NCBI GenBank assembly: GCA_018895235.1
Contig: JAHIOM010000013.1
Location: 6,527-70,526 of the forward strand
Reading direction: 5' to 3'
DNA from: Patescibacteria group bacterium
Lineage (GTDB): Bacteria > Patescibacteriota > Minisyncoccia > Minisyncoccales > Staskawiczbacteraceae
DNA length: 64,000 nucleotides
In this document: positions 1-9,544 of the stretch, in pieces
Position numbering within the stretch: the first letter of the stretch is position 1
Layout of the letters: each line of letters begins with the position of its first letter
The notes under the pieces: generated by a model
The model's database searches: none
What the model was told of the DNA's origin: nothing
What the model saw: the letters and a program-made list of their open reading frames with translations, nothing else
Position numbers and translations under genes: made by a program

Positions 1-345
1 CATAACTCCTTTTTTATAGACAGTATCAATCTCTTCATTACTGACATTATTGCCAGTGAAAATTATATTTTGGTTGGAAACTCCAGCCCTTAAAGCCAGA
101 TCTACTTCACCCGGAGAAACAGCATCAACTCCCAAAATAACCCCTTTGGGCAACCGCTGGTTAACTAAAGTCCGCACAAGGCGGAAGTTGGAATTTGCCT
201 TTATAGCGTAAAGGATTGTTAATGGTCTCCATAAAATTGCATTCGCTAAAGTTAACAGTTGTGTTTTCAATAATTCTTGCTCATATACATAAGCAGGCGT
301 TTTGAACTTCTTTGCAATTAATTGGAAAATTTCCGTATTTATCAT
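1..345 (-). CDS. PLP-dependent decarboxylase, diaminopimelate/ornithine decarboxylase-like (N-terminal 115 aa; continues beyond the left window edge)
   Basis: Minus-strand translation MINTEIFQLIAKKFKTPAYVYEQELL...YAIKANSN...DAVSPGEV matches the alanine-racemase-fold N-domain of LysA/ODC family. SD AAAGGAG lies 6 nt upstream of the ATG at 343-345. The ORF is under 60 aa within the window threshold, so it is absent from the supplied track. Confidence 0.5.
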   Translation of the reverse strand, partial: MINTEIFQLIAKKFKTPAYVYEQELLKTQLLTLANAILWRPLTILYAIKANSNFRLVRTLVNQRLPKGVILGVDAVSPGEVDLALRAGVSNQNIIFTGNNVSNEEIDTVYKKGVM

Positions 346-515
346 TTTCACTCCTTTCGTATTTTCAAGGAACTGTTTTAAACTGACTTTAAACTACCTT
401 TTTTTATATTTTTGTCAATAAAAAACGGCTTTTGCCGTTTTTATTGTCCAAATAGTCCCGATAACAATTACTTTATTTCTTTTCTTTTTGATATTCAAGG
501 TAGGAATAAACAAAA

Positions 516-851
516 TTACTGCCCACAATCCTGCGGGCAATCTTCTGGAGTTTCAGGGCAAGGACAATTCATATCATCGCTGCAGACACTATTCAAACAA
601 ATTCCATCACCGCATAAATCACGGCAGATAATAAGACCACCTTGATTAGTGTTTGGTTTCTCTTCTTCGCCAACCGGATTATTATTCTCCGGACCACTCA
701 CCTCCAGCTGTTCCTGCCCTGTTTCCCCCTCTATTCCATTATTAGACGGCTGTTCTTGAGAAGAAACGCTATACCACGAATAAGCGCCGTAAACAGCCAG
801 CGCCACTACTACAATTCCGATTATAATATAGATATTTTTTCTATTTAGCAT
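516..851 (-). CDS. small membrane-anchored or secreted Cys-rich protein (hypothetical)
   Basis: N-terminal hydrophobic helix IIIGIVVVALAVYGAY, a low-complexity linker and a C-terminal cluster of about 8 Cys. No recognisable family. Confidence 0.35.
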   Translation of the reverse strand: MLNRKNIYIIIGIVVVALAVYGAYSWYSVSSQEQPSNNGIEGETGQEQLEVSGPENNNPVGEEEKPNTNQGGLIICRDLCGDGICLNSVCSDDMNCPCPETPEDCPQDCGQ

Positions 852-886
852 ATTAAATATATTTTAATAATTGTTTTATACCTCCG

Positions 887-1141
887 CTACCGGTAAACTC
901 CTTGGCGATGGCCAATTTTAATAACCAAAATTGCCAATTCTTTTTTATAAATCTGATAGATAATCCGATGCGGCCAAATTCTATATGAATAACAACCGCA
1001 ATATTCTCTTTTTAATTTTTTGCCGATAAAAGGATCTTTAACTATCAAAGAGAAAGCGGCAAGAATTCTATAATAATCTTCTTTTGATAGTTTGTTTAGT
1101 TCTTTTTGCGCGCTTGGTTTTACCCTTAGTTGAAATTCCAT
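887..1141 (-). CDS. RelE/ParE-family type II toxin
   Basis: 84 aa; ...YRILAAF...DPFIGKKL...YSYRIWPHRIIYQIYKKELAILVIKIGHRQGVYR matches the RelE/ParE C-terminal consensus (YRiiY...igHRkdiY). Confidence 0.75.
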   Translation of the reverse strand: MEFQLRVKPSAQKELNKLSKEDYYRILAAFSLIVKDPFIGKKLKREYCGCYSYRIWPHRIIYQIYKKELAILVIKIGHRQGVYR

Positions 1142-1454
1142 ATTTCTTTAATGATTTATCAGCTATTACAAAACCTTCTTTGGATAATAAATCTTCAAGT
1201 GTAACCCAACTTCTGTGCTCGCCGCTTCTAACTGCGCGCTCTGTTTCTTTAATATCTTTTTTTAAATCAGGAAATTCTTTAATTACTTCCATGGTTTCTT
1301 GCCAAGAATCAAAATCATTAGCAGACATAATAACTGCTTTCGGCCGGCCATTTTCAGTTAAGGTATAGTAGTTTCCCGGTTTTTGGCTTTCTTCGGCTAT
1401 TTTAAATATTTTCTTTCTTGCCTCAGAGATAGGTATGGTTGTTTTAGTATTCAT
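1068..1454 (-). CDS. Phd/YefM-family antitoxin
   Basis: N-terminus TIPISEARKKIFKIAEE...GRPKAVIMSANDFDSWQETMEVI is typical Phd/YefM. Encoded directly upstream of the toxin. Its basic C-terminal tail overlaps the toxin start by 74 nt. Confidence 0.7.
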   Translation of the reverse strand: MNTKTTIPISEARKKIFKIAEESQKPGNYYTLTENGRPKAVIMSANDFDSWQETMEVIKEFPDLKKDIKETERAVRSGEHRSWVTLEDLLSKEGFVIADKSLKKYGISTKGKTKRAKRTKQTIKRRLL

Positions 1455-1482
1455 ATTATTTTAAGATTGATTTTACGCTATA

Positions 1483-1502
1483 TGTACATTATAATGTACA
1501 TC
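1483..1502. promoter_or_regulatory. perfect palindrome ATGTACAT-TATA-ATGTACAT upstream of the antitoxin start; likely autoregulatory operator overlapping a -10-like TATAAT
   Basis: Seen in sequence 29 nt upstream of the phd/yefM-like start (1454, minus). TA operons are classically autorepressed at palindromic operators. Confidence 0.4.
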
Positions 1503-1626
1503 ATATACCTCTGTCAAGGGTTGACAAATATTTAACAAAAAGCCCCTATAGGGGAGCTTAAATAATTGTTTTAGACAATGGCTTGCCGCAGGCAAACATT
1601 CAAGGTTCTGCCCGCAGGCATGGTTC

Positions 1627-1836
1627 TTACTTTTCTTTTTTCTCTTTTTCTATTTGCATTTCCACCCTACCCCTGCCGGCAATCAACTTCTTTACCCTAT
1701 CCCATTTTGAAACAACAAGCATCAAAACAAGCGTCAGAAAGGCAAACATATACTGCTGATATAAAAAGAAAGCAACCGCAGCAGCCAACAGCAATATCAT
1801 AAGAATTATTTTTCCTATAAAATTAAATATTTTCAT
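1627..1836 (-). CDS. small membrane protein (hypothetical)
   Basis: 69 aa with two hydrophobic helices. No family recognised. Confidence 0.3.
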   Translation of the reverse strand: MKIFNFIGKIILMILLLAAAVAFFLYQQYMFAFLTLVLMLVVSKWDRVKKLIAGRGRVEMQIEKEKKEK

Positions 1837-1901
1837 ATGAATTAAAATTAAATTTTATTAATTAACTGATTATACCAAAAAATCGCCATTTGGGCGATTT
1901 G

Positions 1902-2147
1902 TTATTTTATAACCTCAATGATTTTTAATTTTGAACTAGAACCTGAAATTATATTTATATTTGCCCGGTTGACGCCGAAATATTCAGCCAGCGCCAATAT
2001 CACGGCCGCGTTCGCTTTCCCCTTTTCCGGAGATTGTTTCACAAATACTTTGAAATTAATATCATTAATCTTTTGCACTTTTTCCTCTTTTGCTTTTGGT
2101 TTAACCTTAACAAAAATCTTCATAATTTTGTTTCTAAAACCCTGCAA
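1902..2147 (-). CDS. YggU/DUF167 (UPF0235) family protein
   Basis: 81 aa; ...KQSPEKGKANAAVILALAEYFGVNRANINIISGSSSKLKII resembles the YggU consensus (GKANaal...G.ts..K.i.i). Confidence 0.55.
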   Translation of the reverse strand: MQGFRNKIMKIFVKVKPKAKEEKVQKINDINFKVFVKQSPEKGKANAAVILALAEYFGVNRANINIISGSSSKLKIIEVIK

Positions 2148-2865
2148 ATTCTTTTATTTTTTGGATTGGTATTGTTGAAACCTGACCCAAATAATTAATA
2201 AGGCTTAAACCTATAAGATTGCCTTCTATATTAAATAAAGGACTGCCCGTCAAAGATAGAGATTCTATAATATTGGTCCTTACAATTTCTTCGTTGAATC
2301 TTTTAATTATTCCCTCATTCACTGTTTGCAAAAAAGAGGAAGGAGTAATACCCATTAAAAAAACTTTTCCACCGATGCGCACTTGCTCTGTTGAACAGAA
2401 CCCGCAGGTTTTAAGGTTTGTTTTTTCTATTTTTAATAAAGCCAGGTTATTTTCTGAATCTCTTTTCAAAACCTGGGCTTTTATTTTTTCTCCATCTAAA
2501 ATAACGCTGGAAGTTCCGCCTGTCGGGACTAATTCTGCTAAGGTAATTATTAAGCCATCAGAAGTTGCAATTAAGCCAGAACCAACAAAAACTTCTTGGT
2601 CTTTAATTGTTTGAATGCCAATAACTGATTTTTCTACCTTATCAATTGCTTTTTCTAAGGCGGTTTCTTGGGTAACAATAATTTCTTCTCTGGTGTTGAT
2701 TATCACATTTCCTTCTTTGAAGTTTTTAACGAATTCAAACTGGGAAAAATAAGGGTGGGTTAAGAAATAAGGAAAGATAAGAATCTGAAAAATAAGGCCG
2801 GAAATTAATCCGCCCAAAAATACAGAGAAAACCAGGACAATGAGTTTTTTATTATTAAAAACCAT
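2134..2865 (-). CDS. membrane-anchored HtrA-like trypsin-fold protein with all catalytic residues substituted (pseudoprotease), no PDZ
   Basis: N-terminal TM helix. GSGLIATSDGLIITLAELV aligns with GTGFIVSEDGLILTNKHVV of the bona fide HtrA at 15131-16408 (His to Glu). NLALLKIE aligns with DLAIIKIE (Asp to Asn). LTGSPLF aligns with GNSGGPL (Ser to Thr). Confidence 0.55.
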   Translation of the reverse strand: MVFNNKKLIVLVFSVFLGGLISGLIFQILIFPYFLTHPYFSQFEFVKNFKEGNVIINTREEIIVTQETALEKAIDKVEKSVIGIQTIKDQEVFVGSGLIATSDGLIITLAELVPTGGTSSVILDGEKIKAQVLKRDSENNLALLKIEKTNLKTCGFCSTEQVRIGGKVFLMGITPSSFLQTVNEGIIKRFNEEIVRTNIIESLSLTGSPLFNIEGNLIGLSLINYLGQVSTIPIQKIKEFAGF

Positions 2866-5600
2866 TATTTTTTAGAACCGACCTTAATTAGATGAGATTT
2901 TCTTGGTTTCATTAATAGGGCCGGCATCTCAAAAACAATCTTGCTGTCTTTGGCATCAATAATGATATTGTCGCCTTCTTTAATTTCATTGGTCACCAGC
3001 TTCAAAGATAAAGGATCCAAAATTGTCCTTTGGATAACTCTTTTCAAGGGACGAGCGCCTAAGTTCGGGTCAAAACCCTTATTTGCCAAAAGTTCTTTTG
3101 CTTTTTCAGAAATTCTAAAAGTAATGTTTTTTAATTTAAGCCTTTTTTCTACTTTTGCAAGTTCCAATTCGACGATCTTCTTTATTTCCGGCCTTCTTAA
3201 ATAATTGAAGATTATAATCTCGTCTATTCTGTTCAAAAACTCAGGCCTGAACTGGTCTTTTAATGCTTCTGTTATTTTATCTTTCATTGATTCTCGCTGG
3301 GCCTGGTCTTCTTTGGTGGAAAAGCCAATTGCTGACATTTTATTAATGTAATCAGAGCCGACATTAGATGTCATTATAATGATTGAGTTTTTAAAAGAAG
3401 CCACTCTGCCCTTAGAATCGGTCAGCCGGCCGTCCTCAAAAATCTGAAGCAAGATATTAAATACTTCAGGGTGGGCTTTTTCTATCTCGTCCAGTAAAAT
3501 CACGGCATAAGGCCTTCTCCTTATTTTTTCTGTTAACTGGCCGCCCTCTTCATAACCGACATAACCAGGAGGAGAACCGATAATCTTGGCTACGGTGTGT
3601 TTTTCCATATATTCTGACATATCCAAGCGGATCAGGGATTTTTCATCATTGAAAAGAAATTCGGCTAGAGCCCTAGCAGTTTCTGTTTTGCCAACGCCGG
3701 TTGGACCCAAGAACAAGAAAGAACCCATTGGCCGGTTTTCCTCGGCAATGCCTGCCCTTGCCCTTCTAATAGCCCTGGAAATAGCTTCAATACCCTCTTC
3801 CTGGCCAATAACTCTCTTTTTCATAATGTCTTCCATATTTTCCAGTTTTTGGGCTTCTTCAGTCATTAACTTAGTTACTGGAATTCCTGTCCAACGAGAA
3901 ACAACATCAGCAACATCTTCTTCGGTTACTTCTTCTTTAATATAGTGGTGCTTGCTTTGAAGTTTTATTAATTTCTTCTCAGCTTCTTTTGACTCTTTTA
4001 ATAATTGGGGGATTTTACCGTATTTTATTTCAGCTACCTTTTCTAGATTGGCATCTCTTTGGGCGATTTCCGTCTGATATGATAATTCGTCAATTTTCTT
4101 CCTGATTTCTTTTATCTTGTCCACTAATTCTTTTTCTGCCTGCCATTTTGCTCTTATACCTTTTGATTTTTCCCGTAAATCAGCCAAAGAGCGCTCAATT
4201 ACTTTTAACCGCCTTGCTGACCCGGTTTCTTTTTTTAAGGCCTGTTTTTCAATTTCAAGTTTGGTAATTTCTTTATCATATTTTTCAAGGTCAACCGGAG
4301 AAGATTCAATTTCCAAACGTAAAGAAGAACCAGCTTCGTCCATCAAATCAACTGCTTTGTCCGGCAAAAACCTGTCTGAAATATAGCGGTTGCTTAACTC
4401 CACTGCTGCACAAATCGCAGAATCCTTAATTCTTACTCCGTGATGAACCTCGTATTTTTCCTTAATACCGCGCAGAATAGCAACTGTATCTTCGGGAGTC
4501 GGCTCCTGAACATAAATTGGCTGAAACCTTCTTTCCAAAGCAGGATCTCTTTCAATATATTTTTGATATTCTTTTAAGGTAGTGGCACCGATAGCTCGCA
4601 GCTCGCCTCTTGCTAAAGCAGGTTTTAGTAAATTGGAAGCATCAATTGCGCCTTCAGCTGCACCGGCTCCAACTAGCGTATGAAGTTCGTCAATAGATAA
4701 AATGTATTTACCGTCAGCTCGATTGATTTCTTTTAAGAGGGCTTTTACCCTTATTTCAAACTCGCCCCTGTATTTAGTTCCGGCAACTAAAGAACCCAAA
4801 TCCAAAGCAATTATTTCTTTGTTTTTTAAAAACTCGGGCACATCACCCTTGCTGATTTTTTGGGCAAAACCCTCAACAATAGCTGTTTTACCAACTCCGG
4901 CTTCGCCTATTAAAACCGGGTTATTTTTTGTCCTTCTGGAAATAATTTGCATTAAACGCCGAATTTCGTTTTCTCTGCCGATAATCGGATCTATTTTTCC
5001 GGAAGCAGCTAAGTTGGTCAGATTTCTGGTGTACTTTTCAACAACCTGATATTTTGATTCTGGTTCGGGATCAGTAATTCTTACTCCGCCCCTGATTTGG
5101 GATAAGATTTTTAAAATCGCATCATATTCAAGCTTGCTTGTTTTTAGGGTAGCTGCATCTCCTGCGCCTGGCTGTAAAAAAGTTACTTTATCTAAAACAT
5201 CTTTAGCATTGGTTGGAGTATCAAGCAGGCCTAAAAATAAATGCTCCACTGAAACAAACTCATCACTCATTTTAAGAGCTTCTTGCCTGGCTCTTTCTAG
5301 AACCTTTGCCATATCCTGGGTTAAATAGAACTGGCCAACTCCTGAAGGAGTAACAATTGTCGGAATTTTGTTAACCTGCGTTTCAACTTTCTTTTTAAGA
5401 TTTTCCGGGTCAACGCCCAGTTTTTGAAGTATAGTCAAAATAACACTTTCTTCTTGCGATAGTAAAGATAAAAGCAAATGCAGGGCATCAACCTGTTGCT
5501 GACCCCTTTCTTGGGCAAACGACTGAGCGGAAAGTATGGATTCCTGGGCTTTATTGGTAAAATTAGCTCCGTTCACACTTCGACTCGTCCTTCGTTTCAC
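2865..5600 (-). CDS. clpB: ATP-dependent chaperone ClpB (two AAA+ modules, middle coiled-coil domain)
   Basis: Walker A GEAGVGKT and GPTGVGKT, long coiled-coil M-domain, and N-domain HLLLSLL. The ORF begins at GTG (5598-5600) with SD GAGGA 4 nt upstream. An alternative GTG start lies at 5574-5576. Confidence 0.9.
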   Translation of the reverse strand: MKRRTSRSVNGANFTNKAQESILSAQSFAQERGQQQVDALHLLLSLLSQEESVILTILQKLGVDPENLKKKVETQVNKIPTIVTPSGVGQFYLTQDMAKVLERARQEALKMSDEFVSVEHLFLGLLDTPTNAKDVLDKVTFLQPGAGDAATLKTSKLEYDAILKILSQIRGGVRITDPEPESKYQVVEKYTRNLTNLAASGKIDPIIGRENEIRRLMQIISRRTKNNPVLIGEAGVGKTAIVEGFAQKISKGDVPEFLKNKEIIALDLGSLVAGTKYRGEFEIRVKALLKEINRADGKYILSIDELHTLVGAGAAEGAIDASNLLKPALARGELRAIGATTLKEYQKYIERDPALERRFQPIYVQEPTPEDTVAILRGIKEKYEVHHGVRIKDSAICAAVELSNRYISDRFLPDKAVDLMDEAGSSLRLEIESSPVDLEKYDKEITKLEIEKQALKKETGSARRLKVIERSLADLREKSKGIRAKWQAEKELVDKIKEIRKKIDELSYQTEIAQRDANLEKVAEIKYGKIPQLLKESKEAEKKLIKLQSKHHYIKEEVTEEDVADVVSRWTGIPVTKLMTEEAQKLENMEDIMKKRVIGQEEGIEAISRAIRRARAGIAEENRPMGSFLFLGPTGVGKTETARALAEFLFNDEKSLIRLDMSEYMEKHTVAKIIGSPPGYVGYEEGGQLTEKIRRRPYAVILLDEIEKAHPEVFNILLQIFEDGRLTDSKGRVASFKNSIIIMTSNVGSDYINKMSAIGFSTKEDQAQRESMKDKITEALKDQFRPEFLNRIDEIIIFNYLRRPEIKKIVELELAKVEKRLKLKNITFRISEKAKELLANKGFDPNLGARPLKRVIQRTILDPLSLKLVTNEIKEGDNIIIDAKDSKIVFEMPALLMKPRKSHLIKVGSKK

Positions 5601-5752
5601 TCAGTCCTCGCTCAGTGCAAGTATATTTTTAAAATAATTTTTAATACTTGAACTTAAAGTCGAAGTGTCCTGAGCTTGTCGAAGGATAATTTCTTATTCT
5701 TATTTTTAGCACAAATTCCCAAAAAAATCAAACAAAATAAAAAAGTCCCTTT

Positions 5753-5968
5753 TCAAAAGGGACCCTTAAATTCTAATGTTACCTGCGTAACCTCTTCAGA
5801 AAATGCCATCTGGAACAAATTGGCAACTAAACTGCGGAAATCCTTATCCTTTAATGCTTTTTTATCGACTTTAATTAATATGTTGCGACCCTTAATTAAT
5901 TTTCTGAATTCTTTGCCAGAAATCTTCTTCGGTTTTTTTCTTTTCTGGGGCATTGTTCTGTCTTTCAT
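5753..5968 (-). CDS. small basic protein (hypothetical), 4-nt overlap with the downstream tyrA-like gene
   Basis: 71 aa, Lys/Arg-rich N-terminus. No recognisable family. Confidence 0.3.
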   Translation of the reverse strand: MKDRTMPQKRKKPKKISGKEFRKLIKGRNILIKVDKKALKDKDFRSLVANLFQMAFSEEVTQVTLEFKGPF

Positions 5969-6834
5969 TTAGGTTTTTTATGGAAGGAAAATATCTTTTG
6001 AGTTGAGTCAACAAACCACATTTCTATCCATTGATTGACCCTTTTTCTTTCTTCTGAGGACAAAGTCTTAACAAAATCTTTTTGTTTTGCTAGTTTTTTT
6101 GCAATCTCGTCAGTCGAAATTTTGCTTAATTCTCCAAAGGTTTTTCTGGCAGACCCGACTAAATCTCCGTGAGCGCCTAAAAGTAAATCTTTTCTGAGCC
6201 AATTAGCCGAACTGTTAACGGCGCGGGCATAAACAGAGAATAAAGAGTTTGAAGCCGGGACCGCCCACTCCATCATTTTCTTCATATCGGGCTTTTTCCG
6301 GTCGCATTGCTTTGAGTACCGGGAAATCAAAACATCAATGACAATTGTTAAAAGTTCGGGCATGCTTAAGGTGATTCCCATCATAAAATCATGCTCGTCT
6401 TCTGTTTGGCACTGGATAAAACTAATCTCTTGTTCTTTTAGAAAAGACAAAACTCTTTGAGCTTTCTTATTTCTCTTTGTCGTATTGCCGTTGATAATAA
6501 CCCATTTTTGGCCATTTAACGGAATATGGGGACCGTGCAATGGATGTAAGGACAGATGAACAGCGCCTGTGGTTTTGATTATCCTGGACAAACGCCGTTT
6601 TATAGAACAAACATCAATAACTAACTGGTCGGGGCTTAAACGCACGTCTTTGATAATGCCGGGAATGGCATCACGCGGAACAGCCAACCAAATAACATCT
6701 GATGTCCAAATCTTTCCCCAGGTTCTGGGAGAATTGTTTCTGTCTACCAAATTAACCGGGCCCAGTTGTTTCAAAAGCGGGAAAAGAAGATTCTTCGCTA
6801 TATCTCCTTTTGCTCCAACAATTGCGTTAATCAT
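5965..6834 (-). CDS. prephenate/arogenate dehydrogenase (TyrA family) with a C-terminal extension
   Basis: N-terminal Rossmann IVGAKGDIA, ...DVIWLAVP...VIDVCSIK...LHPLHGP matches the TyrA core (HPmaG). The C-terminal ~120 aa are unassigned. Confidence 0.6.
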   Translation of the reverse strand: MINAIVGAKGDIAKNLLFPLLKQLGPVNLVDRNNSPRTWGKIWTSDVIWLAVPRDAIPGIIKDVRLSPDQLVIDVCSIKRRLSRIIKTTGAVHLSLHPLHGPHIPLNGQKWVIINGNTTKRNKKAQRVLSFLKEQEISFIQCQTEDEHDFMMGITLSMPELLTIVIDVLISRYSKQCDRKKPDMKKMMEWAVPASNSLFSVYARAVNSSANWLRKDLLLGAHGDLVGSARKTFGELSKISTDEIAKKLAKQKDFVKTLSSEERKRVNQWIEMWFVDSTQKIFSFHKKPK

Positions 6835-6950
6835 ATCCGTCTCCTTCCTAGGTTAGTAAAGATCTATTTTCTTTCTATCATTAAATCATATTAAGTCAAC
6901 TCTTTTTAAATGAAAAGCGGCCTACCTTATGGCTAGACCGCTATATTAGA

Positions 6951-7991
6951 TTAGATGCTTCTACCGATAGCAGAAGCAATGGCTTTTAACTCTTCCATCA
7001 AACGGCTGAAATCAGAAAAAGTAAGCGACTGGGCGCCGTCAGAAAGCGCCTTTTTGGGATCAGGGTGAATCTCGACTATCAAACCGTCAGCGCCAGCAGC
7101 AACACCTGCTTTTGCTAAAACAGGGACATAGCCAAAGTATCCAGCAGCATGACTGGGATCAATGATAATCGGCAAGTGGCTGAAACGCTTTACTACCGGC
7201 ACCACACCAACATCTAAAGTGAAACGGGTGCAGTTGCTGAAAGTGCGTATTCCTCTTTCGCAAAGAATAACCGATGAATTGTCTTCCCTTAAAATCCAAT
7301 CCGCTGCCATTAACCATTCTTCCAGTGTCGCTGCAAAGCCGCGCTTCAAGAGAACTGGCTTGTGCGATTTTCCCACCGCCGTAAGCAAAGGGTAATTCTG
7401 CATATTTCTGGTGCCAACCTGAATAATATCGGCGTAATCGGCGACCACAGCGACATCTTCAATAGACATAGCTTCAGTGATTATCAGCAAACCAGTTCTT
7501 TCTTTGGCTTTTGCCAAAATCTTCAGACCATCTTCTTTCAAGCCCTGAAAACCAAAGGGCGAAGTTCTGGGCTTAAATGCCCCGCCCCTCAGTATTTTAG
7601 CTCCTTTCTGTTTGGCTATTTCCGCACAGGCCAAGATCTGCTCTTCACTTTCTACTGAGCAGGGACCAGCCATTATAACAACGTTTTTACCACCAATTTC
7701 GACATCACCAATCTTTAAAATAGTGTCTTTTTGCTGGAAATCTCTGGAGGCGAGTTTAAAAGCTTTTTCGATTCTGAAAACCTTTTCCACGCCAGGCAGC
7801 ACTTCAAAAACTTGCGTGTCGCAACTTCCGGTTTCCTTGCCCAAAACAGCAATAACAGTCAGCTCTTCGCCAGAGTTCAGTTGATAATCAAACCCCAATT
7901 CTTTGATTCTCTGCTTCACGCTTTCAATTTGACTGTTAGTGACACCCTTCTGCATTTCAATTATCATGATCTTCTCCTTTCTGAATAACAA
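6951..7991 (-). CDS. aroF: 3-deoxy-7-phosphoheptulonate (DAHP) synthase, type I-beta, with an N-terminal ~80-aa regulatory domain
   Basis: KILRGGAFKPRTSPFGFQGL...ADIIQVGTRNMQNYPLL...IIDPSHA is the KDO8PS-like DAH7PS core. It is preceded by a ferredoxin-like/ACT-type domain as in Thermotoga and Bacillus enzymes. Confidence 0.85.
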   Translation of the reverse strand: MLFRKEKIMIIEMQKGVTNSQIESVKQRIKELGFDYQLNSGEELTVIAVLGKETGSCDTQVFEVLPGVEKVFRIEKAFKLASRDFQQKDTILKIGDVEIGGKNVVIMAGPCSVESEEQILACAEIAKQKGAKILRGGAFKPRTSPFGFQGLKEDGLKILAKAKERTGLLIITEAMSIEDVAVVADYADIIQVGTRNMQNYPLLTAVGKSHKPVLLKRGFAATLEEWLMAADWILREDNSSVILCERGIRTFSNCTRFTLDVGVVPVVKRFSHLPIIIDPSHAAGYFGYVPVLAKAGVAAGADGLIVEIHPDPKKALSDGAQSLTFSDFSRLMEELKAIASAIGRSI

Positions 7992-8300
7992 GTTTTAAAA
8001 GAACGTTTTCCCGGGCTTTAACAAAAAAGCCCTTTTAGGGAAAGGGCTGGCTTAGAATAATTAATGATTAATTTTTAATTTCTAAACTCTAAATCAGCCC
8101 CTTCTTTAAAAAAGGCATAAAACCAAAAAAAGGTTTTGCTGATTTGGTTATCCATAATGTCTTATTTTTAGCACCAGCAACAATTAATGTCAACCCTTGA
8201 CAACGATTTTTTTTCTATTAAGGTAATTATAGGACATTGACAAACAGAACTGGGACTTACGGTTTACTTTCTTAAAACAGTGCGCTATAAAGGAGAATAT

Positions 8301-9533
8301 ATGAACGCGCTAGAAGTTTTAAAAACAAGAGGATTTATTCAGCAGTGCTCAGACGAAAACGGTCTGAAAGATTTGTTTTCTAATTCGGCGGTTACTTATT
8401 ACGTCGGTTTTGACCCAACAGCAGAAAGTTTCCATGTAGGAAGTCTTATCCCTATTATGGCAATGGCCCATCTCCAGAGGCTTGGCCACAAACCGATTGC
8501 GATTATCGGCGGCGGCACCGGATTAATCGGAGATCCAAGCGGCAAAAGCGAAATGCGCAAATTGCTGTCGCGGGAAGACATTGCTAATAATATGGCGAAG
8601 CTTTCCCAACAGTTTAACCGCTATCTTTTGCTTGATGGCGAAAAGGGATTATTGATTGACAATGCCGATTGGATTGTTGGGCTCAACTACATTGAGTTCC
8701 TACGAGACATCGGTAGATATTTTAAAGTGAATGAAATGATTAAGAACGAGGGCTACCGACTCCGTCTTGAAAGAGAGGAAGGGCTTTCGTTTATTGAATT
8801 CAATTACCAACTCCTTCAGGCCTATGATTTTCTCGTTTTGTTTGACCGTTACGGCTGCATGCTTCAGATGGGCGGCGACGACCAGTGGGGAAACATCCTG
8901 GCTGGCGTTGACCTTGTCAAGAAGATGAGAAAGCAAGTAGTTTTTGCCCTCACCTTCCCGCTTATCACTACTGCCCGCGGACAAAAAATGGGAAAAACCG
9001 AAGCCGGAGCCATTTGGCTTGACGCGACAAAAACCTCACCATACGATCTCTATCAATACTGGATTAACTGCGATGACCGCGACGTTATCCGCTTCCTAAA
9101 GATGTTTACTTTTCTGCCAATGGAAGAGATTGAAAAAATGGCAGAACTTCAGGGCGCTGAACTCCGCAAAGCAAAAGAGATTCTTGCTTTTGAAGCAACT
9201 CGACTTTGCCACGGAGAAAATGAAGCGGTGAAAGCCCAACAAACTGCCCGAGCTGCTTTTTCTAAGGAAAAAGAGGACAGCACGGGACTTCCGACTACGA
9301 CTGTTAGTAAGAGCAGAATTGCTGCAGGCATTCTTGCAGTTGATCTGCTTGTTGAAATAGGCCTTGTCCCGTCAAAAAGCGCGGCACGCCGCTTGATTGA
9401 ACAGGGCGGCGCCTATGTTAATGATGAAAAAATCACTGCTATTGATGCAGTGGTTAATGAAAGTTCTTTCCAAAGTGGTGTTTGTATCGTTCGTCACGGC
9501 AAGAAGCAACACCACCGCGTGGTGGTTGAGTAA
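8301..9533 (+). CDS. tyrS: tyrosyl-tRNA synthetase (ORF opens at 8280; the ATG at 8301 with SD AAAGGAG is the likely start)
   Basis: HIGH-class motif HVGSLIP, KMSKS-like KMGKT, C-terminal S4-like domain, and start MNALEVLKTRGF typical of TyrRS. Local GC is clearly higher than the genome background. Confidence 0.9.
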   Translation: MNALEVLKTRGFIQQCSDENGLKDLFSNSAVTYYVGFDPTAESFHVGSLIPIMAMAHLQRLGHKPIAIIGGGTGLIGDPSGKSEMRKLLSREDIANNMAKLSQQFNRYLLLDGEKGLLIDNADWIVGLNYIEFLRDIGRYFKVNEMIKNEGYRLRLEREEGLSFIEFNYQLLQAYDFLVLFDRYGCMLQMGGDDQWGNILAGVDLVKKMRKQVVFALTFPLITTARGQKMGKTEAGAIWLDATKTSPYDLYQYWINCDDRDVIRFLKMFTFLPMEEIEKMAELQGAELRKAKEILAFEATRLCHGENEAVKAQQTARAAFSKEKEDSTGLPTTTVSKSRIAAGILAVDLLVEIGLVPSKSAARRLIEQGGAYVNDEKITAIDAVVNESSFQSGVCIVRHGKKQHHRVVVE

Positions 9534-9544
9534 GGAGACACATC

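Noticed and set aside
3586-5328. Several 60-120-aa ORFs on the + strand inside clpB (3586-3945, 4117-4386, 4702-5049, 5134-5328), and similar antisense ORFs inside nrdD, ftsZ, ftsA, DAHP synthase and leuS
   Set aside because: They lie antisense to strongly supported conserved genes and have low-complexity translations. They are typical shadow ORFs.
7992-8300. T-box riboswitch expected upstream of tyrS
   Set aside because: No specifier-loop/T-box consensus (AANNNGGGTGGNACCGCG) was found. Only a terminator-like hairpin (8009-8032) and AT-rich sequence are present.
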